A stretch of 64,000 nt of DNA from Geosiphon pyriformis uo1. Its lineage: Eukaryota > Fungi > Glomeromycota. Below, piece after piece: positions 9,256-21,075 of the stretch. Position numbers and translations under genes: made by a program. Under the pieces are notes generated by a model. It saw only the letters and a program-made list of their open reading frames with translations. It was not told the origin of the DNA and ran no database searches. The stretch covers positions 114,436 through 178,435 of the forward strand of contig JAAOMT010000219.1 of assembly GCA_016748015.1 (NCBI GenBank), in the 5' to 3' direction. Within the stretch, counting starts at the first letter, position 1, and every line of letters starts with the position of its first letter.

Positions 9256-10641
9256 ATAGACCCAGAAAACTACAACAACATCAAAAACTATTTGGAGACT
9301 CTCACCATGCCAGAAAATTGGTCTTCAAGTAAAAAACATCGATTACAACACCAATTTAAACAATATTTTATACACTACAACAAAATTTATTACAAAAATG
9401 TTAGAAATCCAAACCAACCACTCAGATTAGTACAAGAGAATAAAAAAGAAACAATCTTATACAACATGCACACAAATTCTTTTTCAGCACACTTGAGAAG
9501 AGATGAAACAATACAAAGAACTCTTGAACATTACTTTTGGCCTCAAATGCAAAAAGACATTTGACAATATGTAAAATCTTGTGATAGTTGTCAAAGAAAA
9601 GGAGAAACTTGCCCCACAGAACCTTTAAATCCAATCAAAGTTGGGCAATCTTTTGACAAAGTTGGAATTGATTTAGTCGGACCATTACCTATTACAACTC
9701 AAGGAAATTGTTATATTGCAGTTGCAATAGATTATCTTACCAAATAGCCTGAAGCTAGAGCCATCCAAAGAACAGATGCAAAATCAGTAGCAAATTCCAT
9801 TTATGAAGACATTATTTGTAGACATAAATGTCCAATTGAACTTTTATCTGATCAAGGAACACATTTTGTAAACAACTTGATACAAGAAATTTGTGAACAA
9901 TTCAATGTCAAAAAACCTCTATCATCACCTTATTACCCTCAAACAAATGGACTTGTAGAATGTTTTAACAGAACATTGTGTGAATCTCTAGCCAAAGTTT
10001 CAACAGACTTTGAGCAGGAATAGGATATTTTTATTCCATTAGTATTACTAGCATACAGAACACTAAAACAAGATACTATAAAACACACACCATTTGATTT
10101 AATTTATGGAAGAACAGCAACATTACCAATTAATTTCACAGTAAAAACATATCCTGTGCAACCAACTAATAAAGAGAACTTTCAAGAAACACTCCAAAGA
10201 AGGGCCTACATTTTTCTTAGTACACTGAAAGAAAAAAGAAGGACAGCAACAACTCATATTGAACATTCTTAAGCTCAACAAAAAAAAAGACATGACAACA
10301 AATTACCACCCATTATCAACGAATTTAAAGTTGAAAATAAAGTTCTCTTATACAGAACTAAGGCTGAAAAACAATGGAGTGGAAAATTTGAAAACAAATA
10401 AGATGGACCATTTTATATTCATGAAATTCTAGGCAATGGATTATACAAGTTAAGACTTGATGACAAAATACTAGCAAAAGTTGCACATGGAGATAAATTA
10501 AAACACTATCACTTTAGAAACAATCCTGAACCATTAATTCTACAAATTGGTACACATTCCTCTTTAGTTAAACCTGAAGATATTCCCCGAAATTTAGAAC
10601 CAATAATTATAATAGAACAACAGCCAAACTTGAACACTTAA
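9256..10641 (+). pseudogene. A1 integrase, separate ORF (HHCC, DDE core, GPF/Y, no chromodomain)
   Basis: MH..SAH..CDSCQ zinc motif, VGIDLVGP, LSDQGTHF, PQTNGLVE and GPFYI. Its frame differs from Gag-Pol, and the start has decayed from ATG to ATA. Confidence 0.92.
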
Positions 10642-10795
10642 ATTCAATATAATTTTACAATAATTCTTTTAATAATACACAAAGACAAAAATAATAAATA
10701 AATTACAAAAACACACAAACCCAAAAACAAATAAAACCCCATATTTAAAAATAATTTTTTTTATTCTTTTTTTTCATTAATTAGTCAATTTTATC

Positions 10796-11503
10796 ATGAT
10801 TATTCCCTAAAATATTCAACAAATATCCCAAAAATTAATGTTAGCTTTGAAAACACTTCCTGACTTATCCATAATGATTAATAGAAGTCAAATTAATTAC
10901 ATTCAAAAAGAAACCACCACCCCAATAGTAAATAATTCTCAGAACTACCACTCCAATAGAAAAAAAACAAGAAATTATTCTGAAAAGAGGTTACCAGAAC
11001 TTTTGAAGCAAGCACTAAAAGAAAACTTTTTAATTATTTTTATTGACATTCTACCAAATGCCACAATTTAACAGAAACTTCTACTATGTCTTAATGAACA
11101 GAACAATAAACATACTCTTATATATAGATATTTTCATATTGAGAAAACACTTTATGAACAAAAACTGGAACTTGAAGCAACCAACATCACTCCTGAAGCT
11201 ATACAAAAACAAATTCACAATGAATTTAAGACAGCAGCTAGATCAACAAACACTCACTACAAACTTAGAGCAGCTTTTAGACTCTATGATTTATTCATCA
11301 TTTGTGAAAATGTCTTACAAAATCCAATAATCCAACCAATGAAAATTCAATACATTGAAAAACTCACAAAACTGAAATTTCAACAATTTTCAGACCAAAT
11401 CACTTCAATTATCTTGGACCACTATCTTAACATTACAAATAGTGCTTGGACTTTGATGGAGCTCAGTCTTGAGAAGAAGAATATGTTATCAATAAAATTT
11501 TAG
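10796..11503 (+). pseudogene. A1 ORF3, unknown helical protein in env position
   Basis: ATG at 10796 (MIIP*NIQQISQKLMLAL...). Conserved in A2 and A3; reads across the PPT and ends ~20 nt inside the 3' LTR. Confidence 0.75.
11471..11480 (+). promoter_or_regulatory. Polypurine tract of A1
   Basis: GAGAAGAAGA 3 nt upstream of the 3' LTR; the A2 equivalent is GAAGAGGAGG. Confidence 0.85.
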
Positions 11504-12481
11504 CTATTAATTAGCATGAAATTACTTATAATTCCTATTATTAATTAGCATATATTATTATTAATTCGATTATCACTTATTATTTAATCAAATTATCAAA
11601 TATTATTACTCAATCAATAATCCGATTTGTATTCTAGAAATTAAGACAATTAAATTACACAATACCCTGAACTTTTTAACATAGTCAAAATTTGCCAAAA
11701 TTAATGAAAATTCGCCAAAATAATTAATAGTTCAGTAAAATACCTTGTAAATTCGCCGAAATGTATCTTTAGTTCACCCAAATTGTAGCAAAGAAAAAAG
11801 TGCAAGTTCAAAGACTAGTACTACAACAAGTTGTATAAAAAAAAAGCTTTTCACTTCAAGGAAATGTATCTTCTCATAGTATCTTTTCATAGTATCTTCT
11901 TATAATATCTTCTCATAGTATCTTACTATAGTATCTTACTTTAAATATCTTAATTGAAACAAATCATCTTTTACAAAATTAAATAAAAATTAAATATTCG
12001 AAAACCAAATTCTTAAATTATTACACTTGAAATTTCTTCAACACAACTAACATTTTGAAATTGATTAGCTACAAATTTCAATAACTGTTAGTAACTCCAA
12101 ACCTGAATAGAAAACGTTTCCCTTAATAAAATCTTATTTCTTTTATTTTTCTTTTCTTTTCTTATTACAATTATTAGGGTAGCCTACAGACAAGATTCTT
12201 GTAGAAAAGTTGACTTTTACAGCAAAGTAACTCCACATTTTTAGTGAGCTTCCAGATGAGCAATTTCTGGAAAAGAGTTAATGTTTACTACAACATAACT
12301 ACATAAAGTAACTGGCAAGAAATTGGCCATTCCACTTATAAGCCCAGCAGTTCAAATTATAAGAGATAATTTGAAGATAAATACAGTTATTGGAGGTTTA
12401 ATTGCTTCCAGAAAATGTGAAATTAACAACAAACAAGCATTAATAACATTCAAGAAAAGAGACCAAAAATCTCCGGTAACA
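11484..12481 (+). repeat. A1 3' LTR
   Basis: TGTTATCAAT...CTCCGGTAACA; contains a 13-bp GTATCTTCTCATA tandem array at about 11866-11940. Confidence 0.95.
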
Positions 12482-15400
12482 CCATCACAAATGCTAGAGA
12501 TTTTGAAGCTGCTAAATTAAAAGCCAACTACATCCAAGTAGTAAATCTAATAATAAACAGATCATTTAACTTGGATTATAAATTGAAGCAATTCAATGAA
12601 GCAATAAATCAGAAATTAGAAAGATACTTAGCTAACAATTGTGCAATCTATCAACCTCTACAATGATGCAATAATCAAGAAAATATAAATCATTTCCAAA
12701 ATCAGTCATGTCTATCATTATTGACCAATCAACAGTAACAACAAAAAATGCATGTTTGCTACTATTGTGGTAAACAAAGACACCTACAAATTGACTGCCA
12801 CCATTGCTTAAATAACCAATGATTGGGAAATCAATATCAAAACCCCAATCGCTGGTTTTAAATTCCAAGTAATCCACCAAACTCAGAGCCATATTATCAG
12901 AATTATCCACCTATGACGCAGCAGCCACTTTATCAACCACCAGTATATCAAGCACCAATTTATCAACCAATGACACCAGCAATTTATCAGCGACAGGCAC
13001 AATCTATTTATCAGCCACAGCCTCAGATAATCTATCAGCCCCAACAAATTCAAATACTGTCACAAAACTTACCTCAAAACAGAACCCAAAGGCTGAAATT
13101 GATTTAACAAAGCTGAAAATTGTCAATGGTAGTCCACCAACTGATCCTCAGTTCTTCCACACAACCAGCAGGATCTTGACAATAGAATTTGGGCACCAAG
13201 TATACCTAACACCTGAATTCCCAGAACTATTTAAGTCTCCTGGTTACCTCAGAAGATGTCCAACCCAATAATCTGGGAACCAACCAACAATCAACACCTA
13301 CCAGCAATATTCCCTCAGCTGCCATCATAGAGAACAAATCACTGAATGCCATCTTTTTGTTTGAACTTGAAGAACTGTTGACCATGCCATTGTTTAGTAA
13401 AGCCACTCTGGAAGAAAAACCTATTACTGCCATGTACACTGATGCCAAAGTTGATGGCCATTCCATCAAACTAATCCTAGACAGTGGATCAGCTGGCAGC
13501 ATTATTACATGACAACTTATAAACCAATTAGGTCGCCAAGTTGATCACACTGCTAGCACTTACATAATTATTACTAATAGAGCAACCAAAACCTCTTTTG
13601 GAGAAATTGATGACTTTTTTTTTGAAGTCAATGGCATTATTATTTCCTTTAAAGTCCTTATAATGGAAGCAACTCAATATCAGGCATTAGTAGGAAATGA
13701 CTGGTTATCTAAAACCAATATCATATTTGACTGAACAATACAGGAGCTCCAACTTGGCCAAAACAGTCAACACACATGTGTACCAGCCATATGTGGCCAC
13801 TTCAAACTGACCAATATATTAACACCTCTTATCAAGTTTGAGGAAGAAGAGAAGAAACCTACCTGAAAAGCCTATTAAGTGTTCTGGGCTGACAAAAACC
13901 ACAATGAGTTGCTGCCAATACTCACCTGGGATGACAACAACAAAGGAAAGCAGAAAGAAAAACTTACCTGGAACTCCAACCAAGTTTGGGAAACTGACAA
14001 CAACTAGGAAAAACTGATAAATTGGGAGTAAAAAAAAAATAAAAAGAGAAAAAGAAAGGGGAAGGAAGAAGAACCAATACTCGACAACACCACTACTTAT
14101 AATTTCTTCACTACACCCCAACAATCCACTTATTACTGCCCAAAACTGGTATGTGTTAATTGCAGCAAAAAATTGTTATCAATGAGCATTTATTGTGGCA
14201 ATGATAAGGAGTACACTTTAGCAACCAAATTTTACTGCTGCCCATGTATCATTGAATGTTTTAAAAAACCAAAACAAGTTGGAAAATAGGACAATAAACC
14301 ATGCTTGGCATGTGAAAAAACTCTTTTAGATGAAGGAATGTGGAATGACATTCCTGAACAAGAAAGAATGTACAATGAAATATGTCAGTATACAATTCTA
14401 ATTAATGACTGGATATACAAGAAAACACTAATTGACAACATCTGGAAAAGAGCATTGTGACAATTAGAAGGATATTCTCATGATGAACATGAACTCTGAA
14501 GAATGGCATATGTGAAAACAGAAGGTACAACAACCAGTAAACTCCTAGAAATCAAAAACAACCCTCTGTCTCTTTTTGAACCTGAATACATCTAAACTTT
14601 TAATGTCTTTGGCAACATTGAAGATGATTCAGAGGAATTCCATAAATATTACCAGTGATTAGCACCAACCAGAGAGGAACAAGAGCAATGCCTAGAACAA
14701 TTGAATACTTGACTATGTCAACACTGCTTAATTTTTTGTGACTCCCAATATTGTAATGAGTGTGAGCTTATTTACAATCTACCACCACACATGATCTACA
14801 CAATTCCAGAAGAAGAATCAATCAGCAGCTGCGCATTGAAATCAGAATCAGTTTTCAATCCCAATTTAAACTTCAACAACAATAACAATGAAAACACTGA
14901 TTCCAGTTCTGCTCAATATAGCAATGAAAATATCAACAATTCAGATTCAAATTCAAATCCCAAAATATACATTGTGCTTTCTGATCTCTCTAAGAAGCAG
15001 AAACTCAAGTAGTATAGTGACAATAATGAAAGTATTATGCCAGAATGTGTACATAATACTGATACAGAGTTTAATCTGAGATATCTGGGAAAAGAAGCCA
15101 TCAAATTGGAACCAAATTCGTGCACATATATTGATCTCAAAATAGCTCTAGAAATTCTAACAACAACCATGGTACAATTAGCATCTAGAAGTAGTTTAGC
15201 AAAAAAAAGAATTAACATCAAAAGAGGAATAATTAATGCGGGATACATAGAAAATATTATTGCCATGCTACAAAATGACTCAGAAAAGACCTATATTATA
15301 GAGCCAAATGAAAAGATAGCACAGGCAATATTCTTACCTTTGGTGAAAATAGCTCAGTTAGTTTCAGTAGGAAAAAGTGAAAAACTAGGTATGACAGCAA

Positions 15401-17262
15401 GAGGGATACAGGGATTCAAATCAACAGGTAAAATAGATATATCAATCAATATGGCAGAGGAAGAAATTGTTGACAAAGAAGAAATTATCTCAACCCGTCA
15501 ATCAATTTCTATTCTATTATATGACTAGTATATGTTAGCCATAAAAAGGGAAGTAAAAGATCAAGCTCAATTGTTTGAAGCAGAAGCCACTATTTGTGAA
15601 TCAGAAAAAATTGAACTCAATAATCTGTACATATCAGCCAAAAGTCCCAAAAACATCAAGATTTCTATCTACAACACAATGGAAAATGTTATTGAAATAC
15701 CAAAAAGAACTATCATTGGATATTTAACCACTAGAGTTGAAGATCAACCACCAAACTACATTCCAGATTTTTCACAACTTTGTGAATATGTAGACATTAC
15801 ATCACAAACCATTTACAGACAAAGCAAATGTTATCTGCTCTAACCAGAACAATTGGAACAGATAAACATGGAGAATCTAGATCCACTCCAACAGATGCAA
15901 CTAAAAATGTTACTTAACAAATTCAATGACATCTTTGCCAGTGAAAATGAATTTGGCAAAACCAACATAATCCAGCATCAGATCAAAACTGAAGATGCAA
16001 TGCCAATTAAACAAAGAGCATACAGAGTACCACCAGCCAGCCATGAGATCATTCATCAAGAAATCAATCGGATGCTTAACAATGAGTTAATTCAGCCATC
16101 AATAAGCCCATGATCATCATTAGTGGTACTGGTCTGTAAGAAAAATGGAAAAATCCGTTTTTGTATAGACTACCAGAAACTGAATGGAGTAACAAAAGGA
16201 GACAACTATCCAACTCCAAAGATTCAAGAGCTGTTTGACGCTTTTGGAGGAAAGAAATGGTTCTCAACATTGAATCTAGACAGCAGTTACTGGCAAGTAG
16301 TCATAAAGCCAGAAAATAAAGAGAAAACGGCTTTTACAACATGAGAAGAGAATTTTGAATTCAAAGTAATGTCATTTGGCTTAATAAATGTCCCAGCAAC
16401 ATTCCAATGACTCATGGAAATTGTCTATACCAGATTACTATAGAAATCAGTAGTTGTCTATTTAGATAACACAAATGTGTTTTTAAAAACATTTGATGAT
16501 TATCTGCATCATTTCCAACAAGTATTTGAAAGACTCAGAAGAGCCAAATTAAAACTAAATGCAACTAAGTGTTTCTTTGGAAAAACTGAACTCAAGTTTT
16601 TGGAATATGTTGTAAGCAAAGATGATATCATAATAGATTCAGATAAGATTGCAATAGTAAAAAACTTTCCAGTACCAACCAATCTAACAGAACTAAGAGC
16701 ATTCTTGGAATTTGTAGGCTATTATCACCATTTTATCAAAGACTTTTCGAAACTGGCTCAGCCACTTCACCATCTACAAACCAAGAATATGAAGTATAAA
16801 TGAACCAAAGCTCAACAAAAAGTGTTCGACATATTAAGAAAAAAGCTTATCCAAACTCCAGTATTGATGTATCCAGATCACAGCAAACCATTCATAATTA
16901 TTACTGATGCATCAGGTCAAGCATTGGGAGTAGTATTATTGCAAAAAGAACTGGATGAAAAAGAGCATCCAATAGCATATGTCAGTAAAAACTTAAGTCC
17001 AGCTGAAAAGAACTATGGAACTTCAGCACTGGAACACTTAGCTATCTATTAAGCTGTCATCAAATGGAAAAAATACTTGAGTCAAAAGTTTAATGTGTAC
17101 ACTGATCACAAAAGATTGACTTCAATTCAGAAACAAAAATTTGCAGATGATTGTCATGCCAGATGGAATATAGAACTTTCACTATTCAATTATACAGTAC
17201 ATTATAAAAAGGGAAAAGACAATAGAAATGCTGATGGTTTGTTGTGAATGAGACAAATCTAA
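12482..17262 (+). pseudogene. B1 Gag-Pol (knuckle, protease DSG, Cys-rich domain, dUTPase, RT, RNase H)
   Basis: Fragments at 12913, 14791, 15037, 15532, 15853, 16123, 16477 and 16822 are all in one frame. Motifs: CYYCGKQRHLQIDC, LILDSGSAGS at ~13471-13500, RFCIDY, YLDN, ITDASG, IAYVSK. Confidence 0.92.
15037..15430 (+). pseudogene. dut: dUTPase domain within B1 polyprotein
   Basis: DTEFNL (AGFDL), ASRSSLA, GIINAGY, KIAQAI, RGIQGFKSTG. Confidence 0.9.
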
Positions 17263-17293
17263 AAACAATTCAACCCAAAAATATAACAAAAAG

Positions 17294-18669
17294 ATAAATA
17301 CACAAAAATACCAACAACTTCAGCATTATATAAATACCCAATTATTCAAGGAGAAATTATCTCAAAAAGAACAAAACAACATAAAACAGCAATTAAAATA
17401 TTTCATCAATCGTCAAAATATACTTTACCAGAAAAACAGAAAAAATTCAGACCAACCAACCAGAGTAATTACAGAATCAGAAAAAGAGACAATATTGTTT
17501 AACATGGACTCAAATCCAACAGTAAAACATTTTCATAAAGAAACAACCATAGAAAAAACCAGAAAGAAATACTATTGGCCATCAATGTATCCAGATATCA
17601 TCTAATATGTTCAAAATTGTAATGCTTGTCAAAAAAGAAGAAGAACAAGACCAAGTGAATCATTAAGACCAATCAAACTGGGACAATTATTTGATTGAAT
17701 TAGAATTGACTTAGTCAGATTATTAACAATTACCAGCAGAGGCAACAGATATATTGCAGTAGCCATAGACTATTTCACTAAATGGCCAGAAGCAAAAGCC
17801 ATTCAAAGAGCAGATGCAGAATCCATTGCCGAATTTGTTTATTAAGATTTAATTTGTTGACATGGATGTCCAAAAAAACTATTATCAGATCAAAAAACTC
17901 ACTTTGTGAATAGAACATTAGCAGAATTAAGTCAAAGATTTGGAATCAAAAAATCATTATCATCACCATACCATCCACAAACAAATGGGTTAGTTGAAAG
18001 GTTTAACAGACATTGTGTAAAGCAATTGCCAAGATCAGTCAAGAAAACCAGGACAAATGGGATTTGTTTATACTATCAGTACTATTTGCTTATTGGGCAA
18101 TAAAACAAAATATCATACAAGCAACACCATTTGAATTGGTATATGGTAGAACAGCAACATTACTAGTTGAGATAGAAATCAACACATATCCAACTGAACC
18201 AATAACAGAAGCTAATTTCCAAGAAACATTGTTGAAAAAAACTTATGACTTAATAGAAACACTAGAAAACAGATGATGAAAAACAGCTAATAACATCCAA
18301 AAGTCACAAGAAAAACAAAAAGAAAGACATGATAACCAACTACCAGACAAACCAGTTGAATTCCAGATTAAAAACAAAGTACTTTTACATTATACTAAAG
18401 TGGAAAAACAATGGAGTGGAAAATTTGACTCCAAATGGAACAAACCATTTTACATAAAAGAAATTCTTGGAAATGGAGCTTATAAATTAAGATAGAACAA
18501 CAAAATTTTAGCCAAAACAACACATGGTGATTGACTGAAACCATATTACCAAATAGTATTATCATTTACCAATAACATTCCACAATTGGGAGTACAATGA
18601 ATACTAGTCCAATCAGATAAAATTCCACAAGATCTGGAACCAATCATAATCATTAGACCAAATACATAA
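17294..18669 (+). pseudogene. B1 integrase, separate ORF
   Basis: Starts (M)NTQKYQQLQHY after the Pol stop at 17260-17262. Contains CNACQ, IDLV, DYFTKWPEA and HPQTNGLVERFNR. Confidence 0.9.
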
Positions 18670-18730
18670 AATCAAACAATTAAAAAAGTATATAAAGACA
18701 CAGTATACACAACAAAAGCAACCAAGAAAA

Positions 18731-19365
18731 ATGGAAATACCAGATCATATTTACACTATAGCTCAACAATTATTCTAGGCTTTAAGTCAACAATCATTAG
18801 ACATAGAAATTATCATTAACAACCAAACAATTTGCTATCAAAACACCAAAAAAAAGACAAAAAATACACTATATTAGCAGTTACCAAAGAATGATAAAAA
18901 CTGGTCAGATAACATAATAGAAAAAATAAAGAACACTTTTGGAAAAATATCTATTATGGCACCAACAAAAAAACTTACAAAAGAGAATTGGAAGCAATGA
19001 ACAGAATAACTTTTAATATCATACTGCTACTACCAGTTAGATCGGAAGTTGAATATTTAAGAGTTGTATATCAACAAATCCAAGAAAATATTTAACCAAA
19101 ACATAATACAGCAAATTGAAGAATTTATTGAAAAGAAAACGAACTCAACACTACATATGAAAACAATTTACCAACTGCACAACATATTTCAGAACTATTC
19201 AGAAATACTGTTACACTCTGACATGGAAACTATAACCATTAACCAATAAGAAAGAATGAACAATATACAAGTAAAAAATGTGAAAAATAAAGTTGAACAA
19301 ACAATACTAGAAAAAAAAGTATTAAAACTAATTTAGAATGAAAATTTTAACAGAGCTCAATATTA
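18731..19365 (+). pseudogene. B1 ORF3
   Basis: MEIPDHIYTIAQQLF*AL...; includes ORF 19064-19249. Homologous copy at 44695-45330 (minus); ends at the PPT. Confidence 0.7.
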
Positions 19366-19380
19366 AAAAGGAAGAAATAA

Positions 19381-20282
19381 TGTTACTCATAAAAAGAAAA
19401 AGATATAGGGAAAATAGTAGACCAATAAGTGAATAGTATTTAGCATGTAAGCATATTGCTCAGCAATATAGAGCAATAACAGAAATTATGGCACATTGCT
19501 CAGCAATGTGGAGCAATATCAGAAAGCATGGCACATTGCTCAACAATGTGGAGCAATGTTAGAAAATTAGGGCACATTGTTCAGCAATATGAGCATTGCT
19601 CAAGAAATCATAGCACATTGCTCAGGAATGTAAGTGATTTCGTAGAACATCAATTATGTATATATAGCAATAATGTTAGAAGTAGAAAAAGCAGAATCCT
19701 TCTATTAGAGACCTCTGAGTTTAGATTTAATCTAAGCAATCTTCTATACCACAGATATCAATAAATAATTATTCACTATCTCAATCCACTTTCCACTATC
19801 AACATTTTATGTTAATAGAAATTGATACTTAACCACACTGGAACAATAGCTCTTGATCATGGCTATTAACAGAATACTAATTTGCAAATGCCTTGGCTTA
19901 TTTCTTTATTTCTTTTATTTTTCTTTCTTTGATTTTATCTGTTGTATATTAATTGATTAAGGATTAAAGTGCTGAGTAATTGACGTTACAGATAGCCTGG
20001 TAAAAAACCTAGAAATAAGGGTAAAATTATATATATATATTAATAGATAGCTTACCAAAAGGGCACAACTACCAGAATAAACCAGTTACTATGCTAAAGA
20101 CAAAAATTGGGAAACAACTTACCAACCAACTACATTGTTATTAAATCTCTGTTCATTATACAAAAGACTTAACCAAAATTTTCAGATACAACCAACATAC
20201 TAATACTATTACCATCAAGATATTGAGCACTAAGTTACAGGTTTGTTATTTGACTTGAGACTCCAAATAATCACTTGTAACA
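19381..20282 (+). repeat. B1 3' LTR
   Basis: Preceded by the PPT AAAAAGGAAGAAA; termini TGTTACTCAT...CTTGTAACA. Confidence 0.92.
19451..19632. repeat. ~40-bp tandem repeats with palindromic core in U3 of the B LTR
   Basis: About five copies of GCACATTGCTCAGCAATGTG. Confidence 0.85.
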
Positions 20283-21075
20283 ACACCAATGTTGATAGTT
20301 TTTTAAAAATGAGACAAAATTAATACTAATAGCAACCTCACCACAATTCACCAACCTAACAATAAAAATAACCAAACAACAATAGATCTCAGAAATTACA
20401 ACAACATTAAAAACTATTTGGAGACTCTTATCATGTCAAAAAATTGGTCTCCAAGTGAAAAAATCGATTACAATACTAATTAAAAGAATATTTCATACAC
20501 CACAACAAAATCTATTATAAAAATTGCAGAAATTCAAACCAATCATTCAGATTAATACAAGAGAATAAAAAAGAAACAATATTATATAATATGCACACAG
20601 ATCTTTTTTCAGCACACTTGGAAAAAGATGAAACCATTCAAAAAACCTTTGAACATTATTTTTGGTCTTACATGCAAAAAAACATTTGACAATATATAAA
20701 ATTTTGTGATAGTTGTTAAAGAAAAAGAGGAACTTGTCTCATAGAATCTTTAAATTCTATTAAAATTGGACAATCTTTTAACAAAATTGGAATTGATTTA
20801 GTCAGACCATTACCTATCACAACCCAAGAAAATCATTATATTGTAGTTGCAATAGATTATCTTATTAAATGGCCTGAAGCTAGAGTCATCCAAAAAGCAG
20901 ATATAAAATTAGTAGCAAATTTTATCTATGAAGACATTATTTGTAGACATAGATGTTCAATTAAACTTTTATCTAATCAAAGAACACATTTTGTAAACAA
21001 CTTAATACAAGAAATTTGTGAACAATTCAATATTAAAAGACTTCTATTATCATCTTATTACCTTAAACAAATAAG
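20283..21075 (+). pseudogene. Family A fragment: end of RNase H, spacer and N-terminal half of integrase
   Basis: Aligns with A1 9148-9950 and is truncated at both ends. Confidence 0.88.

Larger units (their letters stand above)
2842..12481 (+). mobile_element. Ty3/Gypsy LTR retrotransposon, family A copy A1 (least decayed; protease core deleted)
   Basis: Two ~0.95-1.0 kb LTRs, PBS and PPT, with domain order gag-RT-RH-IN. The flanking 4-mers GTAT/CCAT do not match. Confidence 0.95.
12482..20282 (+). mobile_element. Ty3/Gypsy family B copy B1, 3' portion (late gag to 3' LTR)
   Basis: Gag end, protease, Cys-rich domain, dUTPase, RT, RH, IN, ORF3, PPT and LTR in order. Confidence 0.92.

Noticed and set aside
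10450-10641. Chromodomain at the integrase C-terminus
   Set aside because: The tail after GPF/Y is short and lacks the aromatic-cage/Y.VKW pattern.
10796-11503. ORF3 as a retroviral envelope gene
   Set aside because: It is too short, and has no evident signal peptide, furin site or transmembrane anchor.
19451-19632. CRISPR-like array of palindromic repeats
   Set aside because: The intervening sequences are similar to each other, the array lies inside an LTR, there are no cas genes and the context is eukaryotic.
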